This document shows, piece after piece, positions 23,747-36,437 of a stretch of DNA of 64,000 nucleotides (positions within the stretch are counted from its first letter, which is position 1; each line of letters starts with the position of its first letter). The DNA is taken from NCBI GenBank assembly GCA_951804945.1, contig OX638156.1:25420001-25484000 (forward strand), in the 5' to 3' direction. The position numbers and the translations under genes were made by a program. The notes under the pieces were generated by a model. The model was not told where the DNA came from, searched no databases, and saw only the letters and a list, made by a program, of their open reading frames with translations. This DNA is from Podarcis cretensis. Its lineage: Eukaryota.

Positions 23747-26028
23747 TAAACCATTAACTGTGGTTTACCACAATGTGTCAAAGTTGCCAATTTGTCAGCT
23801 GCAAAGTTTCTGCTACTTCAAGTGCTTTTCTGGTCACCATTTAAAAAAACAGCCTTGATTTTGTGATTACAACATAATATGGCAGTTCGGTGGACTGTTT
23901 ATTTATTTGAGCCATACTTTTACATGTCCCTGTAAAACCTTGGCCACAGCTTATGACTGAGAGATCTTATACCACAAATCTGTGCTCAGACTACACAATA
24001 AGCCAAAACATGGTTTAACTGCTACACCAAGGGGAAGTGAAACAGTGAGAAGCAAAATGGGTGTGATCCGTGGGAGCCAGAGTGCATTCATGCTAAGCCA
24101 TAGTTTGGCTTAGCATTATGTAGGATGCAGCCTTGCTATCTTTAGAAAACACTTTTGTTTCTTCTGCCTATATTGTAGTTTGTTCAAATAGTGTAAATAT
24201 AGTTAATACATTAATAGTGCAATCCTATAAACGCCTGATCAGAATTTAGTCTTACTGAGTTCAGTTGGAATGACTTCCCAGTTGTTATTATTATAAATAA
24301 TTTAGCCTTTGCAAACCAGTCACTCAAAACTGCTAAGCGTTTACATTTTGATAATAGCACTTTGGCTCTCAATACCAGGCAGTACAATATTCCGGTACTG
24401 TGTACAGAAACTAGAATGAGGTTACCTGTTTCATTTTCACGTGACTTAAGCAGGATTTAGAAATCAGGTCTAGTGAGGTGAAAGAATAGCCTACTTATCC
24501 CTTAAGCTCATCTTTCTTAGCCCACAACATTTTACTCTACATGTAATTGGTACAGTTATGGTTAGGTAGTTAGGTTTAATATGAAGTACTTTGCCATCAT
24601 TCTAATTGATTGAAGTGTTACAGAATCCACGCAACTGAGCACAAAGGCCATTCATATTAACTGTTGTGGATCTGCAATTTTGCAAGCCAGGCAATTTTTT
24701 TTAGAACATGCAAATGCTTATGCTGCAACTGTTGGCTTTGCACAGCAATAAAAAATAAAAAATCCAAACACGGCCATACAGTGTCTGAATGAAATCATGC
24801 ATTCATAAAACTCATTCTGTCTGACTTAATCAAAAAGACAATGAGGAGTCTAAGTAATTAATGATACATTTATCCTTTTATTATGTCAGGAATCAGTGGG
24901 AAATAATGCTCTCTTACAGGAAAGCATTAAGTTCTACAGAAACTCTTCCAGTGCTTCAAAGATAAACTATTAACTTTTGCTCTCTGGATCACAAGGGGGG
25001 GGGGAATCCCTTTCTTGGAAATAAATTATTTCTCACATGCAAGAACAAAAGATGTTATTGCTGCACACAGTACTATATACATATACACTATAAGCTCATT
25101 AGAGTTGCACATGGAGCTGTTGCATACCTGCCTACAATTGCCGTATTTGTTCAAATGACCAACAAGAACTACCCATGAATATATGCCTTCTGTCATTGAC
25201 AAAGGGGCATGGAGAGAATGGAAGTAAGAGGTGTTGTCCTCAGTGTTTACTTCAAGTGCAGGAATCAATCTAAGATCCACCTGCAGACTTCTACATTTTG
25301 CCAGCAACATCAAGCTCACAGGTAAAGTAAATGGGTCCTATAATTCCTTTATTTGTACTCATTAGATCTGTGGCGATATACATAAATTGATCCAAGACTG
25401 CCATGAAAAGACATTTTGATTAGTCATAATACAGCCATCTTCAACTATAGGTGTTCTCTTCTAGGAGTCTATCTACGGGCTGTGTGTCTCTTGGACAGCC
25501 CAGAATATTCTGTTTAAAGACTCATCTACGTCTTAACCATAATATTTCCTACTCCATTTGCAACACAATGGGGCATCCAGTTTTAATGCCATCTTTCAGC
25601 ATTGACTGGATCAAAATCTCCAAGTGACATTAAATTCTACAGCACAGGCTTAATTGGATAAGAATGAACAATGTAGAATGCCTCCACAAAAGATGTCTCT
25701 CCTCCCACTTCAAGTACAGCTTTGCCCTGCAGAGGCGTTTCCAAAACAGTTGGAGAGAGATGCTGTCCACGGTACTGATTGTCAAGAAAATCCTTTATGT
25801 GTGGAGCATTATGTGGTTTCTGCATATTTTAGCACCTTTCAGTGTTAAAGCTAGCTTGTGCAAACTTGCATCAGTATGAAGTCAGACTAGAGAAGTAGGT
25901 ATTACCTTTATTTTCAATATGCATTTCAAAGTTTTATTTCTGTTTTCCCAATACAATTTCTTCTTTAATTAAATGCTTTAACATTCAATCCTAAGCAGGT
26001 CAACTCTCTGTTTTTGCATTCTACTTAC

Positions 26029-26133
26029 CTTGGAGCTTGGGGTATCCCAGATGGCCAGTCCAAAGTAGTCTTCTTCCAAAAGATTGAGGTGATCACATAC
26101 TTTCTTAAGAAGATCCTGCCCTTTGGCATGTTT
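26029..26133 (-). CDS. EPB41: EPB41 FERM exon (exon 5-equivalent)
   Basis: ttgcag|AAA; KHAKGQDLLKKVCDHLNLLEEDYFGLAIWDTPSSK; donor AAG|GTAAGT; 105 nt. Not in the ORF track. Confidence 0.95.
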
Positions 26134-26968
26134 CTGCAATGAACACAAATCTGTCATATGTGGTCACTTTTGCTTTGTGCATTCTAATACTCAAATCCAC
26201 TGGGTTATTGTATACAGTATGTCTACCTTCCTTAGGCATTGACTTGAATATTATTAGCCCTTAAAATGAACACTGATCACTTTTAGATTGTTTCATTAAG
26301 ATGGCTCACTTGGATGCAAAGAGAAAAAGGATATTTTGGCAGAAAAGAGACCTCGCGCTGCTCAGAAAAATATCTAGGAAATTCCTTCCATTTCAGGAAC
26401 ATTACTTTAGCAAATGCAGGTTCCCCAAACCATGGTTACTGTGGTGATGCAAATGCAGGAGGAAAAGAAGCCTTTCCTCCCTGATTAGTCTTGCTTCTGG
26501 TTTTGAATGGTTGGTGGGAAGGGAATGAAGCACTAATGAGTATCTCCTGCAAGTGTACACATATTTACTTGCCTTATAAAAGCAAAACAGAATTGAGAAC
26601 CTAATGGTCCCCTTGTAACATCTGTTCTGTTTGACTAGTCAGCTGTTCTCTTAGAAAGTAGAAGGTCCCCAAACTCCTGTTCATATTTATTTGATATGGT
26701 GGAAAGTAAGATGCAAGTTTGTGGTGAGGGAGTAATTCAACTTAACCAGGTAACAGGCAGGTGAATAAACAGCCTGTTTAATCTAACCAGCAGTTCGCTA
26801 TAAGTTTGTACATGTGTGTTTGGCTAAGAGCCAAACCAATAATGTCCCCTGGAGCCCCAAAGACATAAATCAGCAAAGCAACATTCTTTGTTTGCCAAGG
26901 CTTGAATTTCTATGCTCCAACAATGCCTTGCCCTCAGCTAACAGACCCCATTAAAAATACCCTAAATA

Positions 26969-27737
26969 CAGTGGTGCCCCGCAAGACGAACGCCTCGGAA
27001 GACGAAAAATTCGCCAGACGAAGGAGTTTTTCGTTTTCTTAGCTGCTTCGCAAGACGCATCTCCCTATGGGCTTGCTTCGCAAAACGAAGCTTGCCCCGC
27101 AAGCTCCGGGGATAGCGGGGAAGTGCAGCGCGTCTTCCCCGCTGTCCCTGGACCTCTTTTGAAGCAAGGGGCGGCGGGGAGAAGATCGCTTCTCCCCGTT
27201 GCCAGCCCCGCAATCTCCGGGGACAGAGGGGAAGGCGCGCACCTTCCCCTCTGTCCCCGGACCCCTTTTGAACCAAGGGGCGGCAACGGGGAGAAGCGAT
27301 CTTCTCCCCTCCACCCCTTGCTTCAAAAGAGGGGACAGAGGGGAAGGCGCGCGCGCCTTTCCCTCTCTCCCCGGACCCCTTTTGAACCAAGGGGCGGCAA
27401 CGGGGAGAAGCGATTCTCCCCGCTGCCCCTTCCCTTCCTTTAAAACAGGTCCGGGGACAGAGGGGAAGGCGCGCGGCGCTTCCCCTCTGTCCCCGGAGAT
27501 TGCGGGGCAGGCAACGGGGAGAAGCAATCTTCTCCCCGCCGCCCCTTGCTTTAAACAGGTCCGGGGACAGAGGGGAAGGCGCTCGGCGCTTGCCCTCTGT
27601 CCCCGGACGGTCTCCATAGGAACGCATTGATTGATTTTCAATGCATTCCTATGGGAAACCGTGCTTCGCAAGATGAAAAACTCGCAAGAAGAAAAAACTT
27701 GTGGAACGAATTAATTTCGTCTTGCGAGGCACCACTG
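26969..27737. mobile_element. Tc1/mariner-type non-autonomous element with an internal GC-rich inverted-repeat array
   Basis: TA-CAGTGGTGCCCCGCAAGACGAA...TTCGTCTTGCGAGGCACCACTG-TA; internal modules repeat in both orientations. Confidence 0.85.
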
Positions 27738-28487
27738 TAGCTGCTTTATACTATCAGAACATTGTCTGTTTTGGTTAGGAACAGTTCTCCAGGATTTCAA
27801 ACTGGGTTCCTTTACTCAAAGACACTGGAGAGTGAACATGGGACCTTATGCAAGGTTAGCATGTGTTCTACCGCTGAACTATGGCTCCTTACCACATGCA
27901 TCAGCATGTCAAGTAGCTTCTACATCATTGCAAGAAGCTAAACCCCCTTCTACGCTCTGCACACAGGATGAAGATCTAAAGTTTATAAACACCACACTCA
28001 AGTAAAGCCACTGCTGTATTAGCAGGCAGAAGCTAATCTTATGCAATAGTAATTGTATCATTAGTGTTGTACATGGATGAACTGACCTAATTATACAGGA
28101 TCATTTAAGGTAACTGTTTTGCTCAAGCAGTCATGAAAACCCAGCCAAGATACGTATCTGCCCTGAGATTTAACTAGGAAACCTGAGATCATCTTATGGA
28201 AAAGGAGAGACTGCGATGCATCTTGACACTTGAACCCTTTCGATTTCACTCTGTAAAATTCTATTATTATTGTTAGTAGTAGTAGTAGTAATATTCCTGA
28301 TAATGTCCTCAAATCAAGTGGGCTAAAAGTCCAAACAAAATACTTCTACTATTATCGTCTTCTAGACATTACTAAGCAATTTATCTTAAAACTGCAAATT
28401 GTATTCTTTAAACTATATTAATAAATTCTGATAGTGTTAAAAATCATTTTTCTTTTTAATAATAAAAATAGATAAAGATATGCTTAC

Positions 28488-28718
28488 ATCCAGGGAACAC
28501 TCAAAAATTGTGTCATCCAGCAAAATAATCTTGCAGTGCATGTTGTTTCTGGGTCTTCTGGCTGTTTTCTGAGAACCTTTTAAGTCTTTGTCTGCTTTCA
28601 CCTTGGTATTCTCCTTTTTTTCGTCCACCTGCTCCCCCTGCTCTCCTTCTTCCTTAATTTCAAGATCTCTATTTTCTGGATCTTGATCTTGATCTTCTCT
28701 CCTATCTTCCTGAGCAGG
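28488..28718 (-). CDS. EPB41: EPB41 exon 4-equivalent, containing AUG2 (MHCK, ATG at 28541) and start of FERM domain
   Basis: ttccag|CCT...; PAQEDRRE...RRPRNNMHCKIILLDDTIFECSLD; donor GAT|GTAAGC; 231 nt, phase 0-0. Confidence 0.95.
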
Positions 28719-29665
28719 CTGGAATTAATGGATAAAAGTTAGCAATTTTGAACCAAAACACAAAAGTGGGTCTATTCTGAGTAAAACATAAATGTTTACA
28801 ACCCATAGGGAAAAAATAGGGCATAGCCACAAGGAGAAGCTGAGAAGGTTCTGCTTCCATTTTAGTACTTTAGTCTTTCTGTTTTAGTGGGGGGCAAGCT
28901 AGGTTCATAAGCCATAGTTTTCTCTAAGCATACTGTACATGGCCATGACTTCCAAAACTAGCAAACTACAGTTAGCACCGTGCCTCCATGTTTTAATTTG
29001 CAACCACAGTTTAAAGGATTGGAGACAATTCTAGCCACAGTTTGAAAATTCATATACGTTAGAGAAAACCAAGAGATGTTAGGGGTTATTAGCATACAAT
29101 AGGGGAAGAAGGTGCATAAAGGTCTACAGGATATTCACAAGCCTCCAGACCATGGTTTGGAGGACTGGGGTTGTTGTTTTGCAAGCCTTCAAAAGCTTCT
29201 TTAATGCTTTTTATATTTTTAAAATTCATACATATAATTGGAAACTGGGAAAGAGCATAAAATGTCAAAAGTTGGTTATATAGGTAATGTTGTATAAATT
29301 TCCTTTTATTAAGCTGCTTTGAGATTTTTGATTAAGTGGTATATAAATCTAACAAAATAAATAATTATATAAACTAGAGCCTACTGAAATGCTTACCTTA
29401 ATCTTTGGAACATATTACAATTTGCAATAGATTAAACCTCTTACCAATTAGATACTAAAGGTTGTATCTAACATTAGCCATATTTAGATAGACCCACTGA
29501 AATTAATGAACATGACTAACTTGGATTCATTAACTTCAATGGATTTACTTCAAGTAGAACTTACCTGGATACAAATCTGAGGCTGCAGTTCTAGTCACAT
29601 TTACTTATTAAAGTCACAAGTGTATGAGCAGGCTGCACATGTTCTTGAATGTCTATTAATCAAGT

Positions 29666-29932
29666 TAAAGGTAAAGGTACCCTTGACTATTAGGTCCAGT
29701 CACGGACAACTCTGGGGTGAGGCGCTCATCTTGCTCTATAGGCCGAGGGAGCCGGTGTTTGTCTGCAGACAGTTTCCGGGTAATGTGGCCCGCATGACTA
29801 AGCCGCTTCTGGCAAACCAGAGCAGCGCATGGAAACACTGTTTACCCTCCCGCCAGAGTGGTACCTATCTACTTGCACTTGATGTGCTTTCGAACTGCTA
29901 GGTGGGCAGGACCTGGGACCGAACAATGGGAG
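29666..29932 (-). mobile_element. 5'-truncated Sauria SINE, second subfamily, ~30 bp from the exon 2 donor
   Basis: Aligns by eye to the 36080 copy; (ACCTTT) tail at ~29666-29680. Confidence 0.8.
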
Positions 29933-29960
29933 ACAGAAAACTAGTTTGTGTCATATTTAC

Positions 29961-30407
29961 CTGTGTTTCTGCACTGCTCAATGAGTGAAGATCTAAAGAT
30001 GGGTCAGTCCTGAGCTCAGGTTCAGGAGCTGCTATTGGGGCTTTCAGCAGAATCTCCTCATTGAGATCGAGGTCTGTCTCTTCCTGGCCTCCTTCACCAA
30101 GTTCCTTTGTTTCTGTCTCGTTACCTTCTTCCTCAGAGACCTGAGATTTGGGCCTCTTGAGGAATGATGAAAACAGGCGTGACAGGCCCCGACTTTCAGA
30201 AGTGCGCTCTTTGTTCTTGCTCTGGTCCTCTCGTGTAGGCGTGTCACCATTGGATGCTTTTAGCTTCTTCTTTGACTGATTATCCCCCTCAGGTGCTTTC
30301 TCCAAGAAAGCTTCCTGTGTTCCTGTTTCAGCAGCTACCTCCTCCTCTTTTGGCGGCTGCTGCTTGGGAGTCTCAGCCTCTGCCACTAAACTCTTTTCAG
30401 TTGTCAT
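29961..30407 (-). CDS. EPB41: EPB41 exon 2: AUG1 and N-terminal headpiece (U1), 149 codons
   Basis: Acceptor tttctgtcaacag|AAACATG (exon starts 30411), ATG at 30407. Translates MTTEKSLVAEAE...SRGLSRLFSSFLKRPKSQVSEEEG...KAPIAAPEPELRTDPSLDLHSLSSAETQ. Donor CAG|GTAAAT, phase 0. Confidence 0.96.
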
Positions 30408-30809
30408 GTTTCTGTTGACAGAAATGTACAAGAAACCTAACTGAATAAATGCTATGTGATCACAAAACCACTGCAAACTGATCACAAAGCTCCAAAGGTG
30501 ACAAGGACCACTTATAGGGTGCTCCTGGTGTCCGCTTATCAAAGCTGCAATTATTAATGGGCGCAGCAATTCTTGTTGTTCGAAACTATTTTCACATACA
30601 AGTATAGCCTTGCATGCAAGTGCACATTGTTATGCTATATAAACATCTAGCTAGTTTTGTTACTTCAAGAATGTCTAGAATTTTCATTCTCAATTATGAT
30701 CACAGAAGGAGCACAAAGACAGATGACCAAATCTGCCAAACTGGGTGCTAAACTCCAATCAACAGCACATAAACTGTGTGAAATAAATAAATAAAATGTT
30801 GTCATCTTA

Positions 30810-31171
30810 AGGTAAAGGTAAAGGTACCCCTGCCCATACGGGCCAGTCTTGACAGACTCTGGGGTTGTGCGCCCATCTCACTCAAGAGGCCAGGGGCCAG
30901 CGCTGTCCGGAGACACTTCCGGGTCACATGGCCAGCGTGACATTGCTGCTCTGGCGAGCCAGAGCCGCACACGGAAACGCCGTTTACCTTCCCGCTGGTA
31001 AGCGGTCCCTATTTATCTACTTGCACCCGGAGGTGCTTTCGAACTGCTAGGTTGGCAGGCGCTGGGACCGAGCAGCGGGAGCGCACCCCGCCGCAGGGAT
31101 TCGAACCGCCGACCTTTCGATCGGCAAGTCCTAGGCGCTGAGGCTTTAACCCACAGCGCCACCTGCGTCCC
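30810..31171 (-). mobile_element. Sauria SINE (young, full length)
   Basis: Near-identical reverse complement of 8485-8865; 13-bp TSD tgttgtcatctta (30797-30809, 31172-31184). Confidence 0.92.
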
Positions 31172-32659
31172 TGTTGTCATCTTAGAAATCAATATTAGAA
31201 TGCCGGTATCAGAACTAGCCTACTGCACAGCAGGTATTTGTTGTTGTGGAACTGTTCTTGCCAAATGCTCAGGGACTCAGAGCTCTCAGAGAGCATTCAC
31301 ACTACCTCAAACACACTACCAACTATACTGCATTGTCCCTCTCCTAAAACAGAACAAATGCAGTTCCACACAGAAGTGAATAACCTTTCTGGTCCACTAG
31401 GCCAGACCCTTAACTGTCCCATCCTGAAGGCCAAGTCTGACAGGTGGGTAGGCGAGACAATCACCTGTTCATCACTATTTCACTGCAAACATTCCCCACA
31501 AGTAACTGATGGCACATTACAACCCTAGTTAAATTCAAATATTGGTAGAGAAGAGTTTTTATACTTTCTCTTTATACTTTCATCCAAAATGCAGGGGGCA
31601 TCAGCATGGTGCAGGTGCACACGTGCCTGCGGAGGCCTTTCCTGGCAACAACAGAGTCACACACCCCTCCCAAAATAGACTTAAAACAAGAATTCTTTTG
31701 CAGCAAATAGAACAGGATACAGTATGTGTCTAGTTACAGGTTGTGTATATGGTCCTTTGTAAACTGCTTTGTGGTTTTTTGAAACAAGTGATACATAAAT
31801 TTTATGAAACAAAAAAATAGAAATAATAAATTAGTTTCTGGGCCTGAAAATGGTGCCAATCTGCCCAAATGCATTGTGACTGATCAGAGTAATTTGTCCA
31901 TATTTTGGTGACCTGTTTGAAAAGTGGCCACCCCTAATTTTTAACTATAGGCTGATTCAGACATAACCTGGGTCATACATAACGCTGATCCGGTAAACTA
32001 TGTATTAGCAGATCAGGAGCAAAAGGTTTGCTTGAACATTACTTCCTCAGGCCTCAGTTTTCCTAGTTTCTGAAACCATAACACATAATATAAAAGTCTC
32101 TTCAGCTCCTGTTATTTTGTTTACATAGATTTCTACCCTATCCTAAGGACATCCAGTGAATTTCATAAATTTGAACCCAGACCTCCAAATCCAACAGTAT
32201 ATTAATTCAAAAGCTAGTGTCATGCTCTATAGAATTTCATGCAATAACATTTCCAGAGGTTAAGTGAAAAACACACTTTTGTTGCAAAATCATCTATAAC
32301 TTTGAGCAATTTGACTTGATCCAGACACACTAAACAGCTGAAATCTGCCATTCTGCTTGTGCAAGGCTATCCTTGCATTTCAAGAGAGCAGGGGAAGAGT
32401 GCATCTTTCACATTTCTGAAGTGAATGTTTTCTGTTATTATCTTAGTAATCTTCACAACAACACGGGCCCCAGTGGACTCAGCAGGACTTGCTTCTGTAA
32501 GTTACTGCTAACGAAACAAGGGCAAGGCAGCATAAAGCCAGCATGCATTTTAGTTTAAACTTAAATGTGGATATTTTTCATTCAATTTCTATGTAAGAAA
32601 CACATCTGAAATGGGATATTTCCTCCTAAATTAAATAGAGAAATGTAATTTCAGTACAT

Positions 32660-32843
32660 CAGGCATGTTGAAGAGGTTGATCGCGATTGCCCAGTTGATC
32701 GCAGGGGTATCTTAGATTCTCTCCCAAAAAAGCTCAACAACTTAAACCCCCCCCCTAAAAAGCTCAACAACTCTTGGGTAGATCACAGCTGGTCTTTTTG
32801 TACTGTGAGTAGATCGCAGTCTCTTGGGAGTTGGACATGCCTG
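32660..32843. mobile_element. hAT MITE
   Basis: TIR CAGGCATGT...ACATGCCTG; perfect 8-bp TSD cagtacat. Confidence 0.85.
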
Positions 32844-33115
32844 CAGTACATGATACCCTTTACCCTGTATCATCCAAACCCATCAATTGATATCATTGAG
32901 TGGAGCACTGATAGTGGCTCCCCTTTGGGCCAAAATCACAACTTATGTCAATGAAGAGTTGTGTCTTCAGTGTTCTGTTCTAAAGACAACTTCATGGAAC
33001 TCCATACCACAGGAAGTTATAAACAGGCACCATTCCTACTGAGTTTCAGACACCTGGTATCCTGGTTTTCTCTGTTAGCGAACTTGAACCCACAGCTCTA
33101 GTTCTGCTTCTCAGA

Positions 33116-33335
33116 CTTTATTTTTATTATTATTATTATTATTACGGCTATTAGCACGGCTATTACAAACACAAAAGCACAAAAGTATAAAAACCAATAC
33201 ATCTAACAACAGAAGGGGAACACCTCGACGCAAGGGTGGGTCATTGAGCAGTGACAAATAACGGCTTGGGGCCCGGAAAGATCCAGAAGGGACGGTTCGC
33301 AGAAAATAAAACTGGAGGTGAGATCCGTCATGCAG
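33116..33335 (-). mobile_element. Unclassified 5'-truncated retroposon with (TAA)n tail
   Basis: 12-bp TSD ctgcttctcaga (33104-33115, 33336-33347); minus-strand tail (TAA)n. Confidence 0.7.
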
Positions 33336-36079
33336 CTGCTTCTCAGATGTTTTCCTTTTTGAGATTCTAAATTCTTGAGGTTTTACATTTTGTAGGTTTA
33401 ATTTATATTTTATATTTTATTGCTGTAAGCTACTTTGCGACCTTTATGGTGAAAAGCAGGGTATAAAATTTTAAAGAAATATAATGCCTGTTTGCTGAAA
33501 TTGGAAAATCACCATTTGCAGTATTTCACCATATAATAAAACAGCTTTTCAACTAGTTCAAGTTCAGAGTCCATTCTTTACACCAGTAAAAATTATCCAG
33601 CCATCCCCGACTACTCTGGTAGCCAATATTCATTTTCAAATGGTATAAATTTAAAGTCTCTTGACCATACACCTCTGAAGAAAAGTGCTTGGAAAAATAA
33701 ATAAGGCTGTTTCTTATTTATAATTACACCAGATAGTGCAATGAGAGCTAAGATGGCCTGATGAAAGTATATGAACAAACATTTTCCCGCAACCTGCTGC
33801 CCTTCTGATATTTTGAGCTACAATTCCCATCAGCCAATGGCCAGGGATAATATCAGTTGTAGTTCAGCCTGGAGAATCCTGCAAATAATTATACCATCAT
33901 CATACTGGGCTCCCTGCTATTTAGCTTGTGTGATGGAACTCCATCCTAACTGTGATCAGAGAAACTCCTTTCCTTGATAGTTTTAAACAGGCCTTTAAAC
34001 CTCACTTTTTATTGAAGCTGTTAAGAATTATTTTACCTGTCGTAAGTTGGATACGCTAGATGGCCACTTTGTTGTCTTGCTGGTCTGTATATTTTTAGGA
34101 TGCTAAATTGATTCTTTAAATGTTGTGATAGGTTTTTTGTGTTTATTTTATGGATTTAATAGAATCATGAAATTGTAGAGTTGGAAAGGACCCCCAAGGG
34201 TAATCTAGTCCAACCCTCTGCAATGCAGGGCACTTTTACCCAACGTAAGACTCAAATCCACGACCCCTAGATTAAAAGTCTCATGCTCTAATGACCGAGC
34301 TATCTAAGAGGCAGAGCCTGCTTGCTTGAGTGTCTATTTTATTTGTATACCACGTTGGGAGGCAACTGCCTGAAAAGCAGCGTAGAAATATTTGAAATGA
34401 AGTGAAATAGATATGTTTCCATTCAGCCCTATCATTAGAAAGAATGAGGGGACACAGGCAGCAGATGCTGGGGATGTGGGGCAGGATTGGCAGACACAAG
34501 GCTGTTTCTCCTGAGCCTCCTGGTTCCCTTCGGCTGGAGGATGTTTGTAGGCTGTGTTACCTGTCACACATCACTAGGCTAGTCAGCTGCCCAAAGGTGT
34601 CATACACAATACTACGCTGCTGCCAGTACTGAAATAAGATTCAGCTTATATTCTAGTCTGTCTGAACTTAAGAGTGGTAAGGGTCTTAAGAGTGGTATCT
34701 TGTCCTTCGCCTCTGAAAGCAAAATGTCTTGGACTGGTCCTACCATTCAGAGAGAAACAGAACTATACTTTGGGCTGAATGCCAAAACAACCTGCTTTGT
34801 TATCGAATTCTATCCAATCAACTGGGGAAAATACAAACAAAAACATCATGCCTTAGAAATCTTTCCAATCTACCACTCATGGCTTTGAAGTGGGGAATGA
34901 GGTATTAGTTTATGTGCAACTGCAGCCCTAATTGCTATTTCTACAAAGTAAGCAAGACACGCCTTTAAAAAAGCCATTTCCAGTTTTAAAAAGTAAACTT
35001 GGGACAACAAAGATTGTCGCAGGACTGTTTATACTGGCCTGTTGTATTCACAGGATATACAATTCATAGCTGGGGTTTGCTTAGATAAATTAATGTCTCT
35101 AAGTCTTCCTGAGAATAACAATACTTTTTACAGGGAAGCCTTAGTAGCATCAGCCAAATAAGCTTAGCAGGAAAAACAAGAGGATGCAGAGATGGGCACA
35201 TACAAGCAGTTCCTTTTCCTCTTATCTCCTTTGCTCCTTCATTGTGTTCTTATTCTGTTTTTAGACCCCCTAAGTATGATCACCTGGAGTCTTTTTTCTC
35301 TCTCCTTTCAAATGAAACCTGGCAGCCTTAGCAGGATGTAAAACAAAGCACTTTTTAATTTTAAAAACATAATTATTTTAGAAATAATTAACAGGGAACT
35401 TTTTTTAAAAAAAAAATCTAAATAAACAACGAGATGGAGCCAAACATGCCCTTCTGCTCATAGAAAGCTCTTCTGCTTATGGAAAAGTTTTATAGCTAAC
35501 ACTAGTGCCTTGTGTGAGAAAAGTTAAACTAAATGCAATTTCCTGCACAAGCAGAAACATGAGATCTGTTACAGAACCTATTATAGCACTACACAAATTC
35601 TTAAGCGTTTGCAAAACAGGCCAGTTGCTATATTCCTTCCGTTCATGGTTTTTTGTATCCAACCCTATAATCTGTCTCCAAAACATTATTACCACTATAA
35701 ATGTCACACACATACAAAAATCCAACCTCAAAGTCAACCAAGTTCTGTCTAGTTCTGTAATTCAACAGCAGCCAATGGGGTACAGTGGGGGCAGAAAAAT
35801 GAATAGCAGGATATCTTAGGGAAAGTAGCACTAAGCACACAGAAAATGTGAATAACTTGACCCAAACATCATAGTAGACGGGGGAGGAGTTAATCTGCTT
35901 TCTAAGTGAAAGGCAGAATGCTGGAGAGTTGCTTCTGTGGTGAGAGTATGAATGCAGTTCAGAAACAAATCTCTAAGACGGCTTCTTGGTCATTTTGCTT
36001 TACATTGTTTGGTTTGATTTACCATACTCCTCTCTTATATTAACATTATGTTCACCACTCTGAGAGCCTTTGAGTCAGA

Positions 36080-36437
36080 TAAGGTAAAGATAAAGGGACC
36101 CCTGACCATTAGGTCCAGTCGTGACCAACTCTGGGGTTGCGGCGCTCATCTCACTTTATTGGCCGAGGGAGCTGGCGTGCAGCTTCCGGGTCATGTGGCC
36201 AGCATGACTAAGCCGCTTCTGGCGAACCAGAGCAGCGCATGAAAACGCCGTTTACCTTCCCGCTGGAGTGGTACCTATTTATCTACTTGCACTTTTGACG
36301 TGCTTTTGAACTGCTGGGTTGGCAGAAGCAGGGACCGAGCAACAGGAGCTCACCCCGTCGCGGGGATTCAAACCGCCAACCTTCCGATCAGCAAGCCCTA
36401 GGCTCTGTGGTTTAACCCACAGCGCCACCCGCATCCC
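36080..36437 (-). mobile_element. Sauria SINE, second (more diverged) subfamily
   Basis: Same head and (ACCTTT) tail but a different 3' segment (gaccattaggtccagtcgtgacc); partial TSD ttgagtca. Confidence 0.85.

Noticed and set aside
26962-27671. Overlapping 221, 210, 143 and 106 aa ORFs
   Set aside because: Translations of the GC-rich repeat array inside a MITE; low stop-codon frequency explains them.
29397-29570. Strong donor motifs in the intron after exon 2 (AAG|GTAAGC at 29397, CAG|GTAAGT at ~29565) as a possible exon 3 equivalent
   Set aside because: No convincing paired acceptor or frame, and one site lies in a small palindromic repeat. Unsupported without RNA data.
30408-30569. Apparent N-terminal extension of the exon 2 ORF (MLRPLII...)
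   Set aside because: It lies upstream of the acceptor at 30412, so it is intron; the real start is the ATG at 30407.
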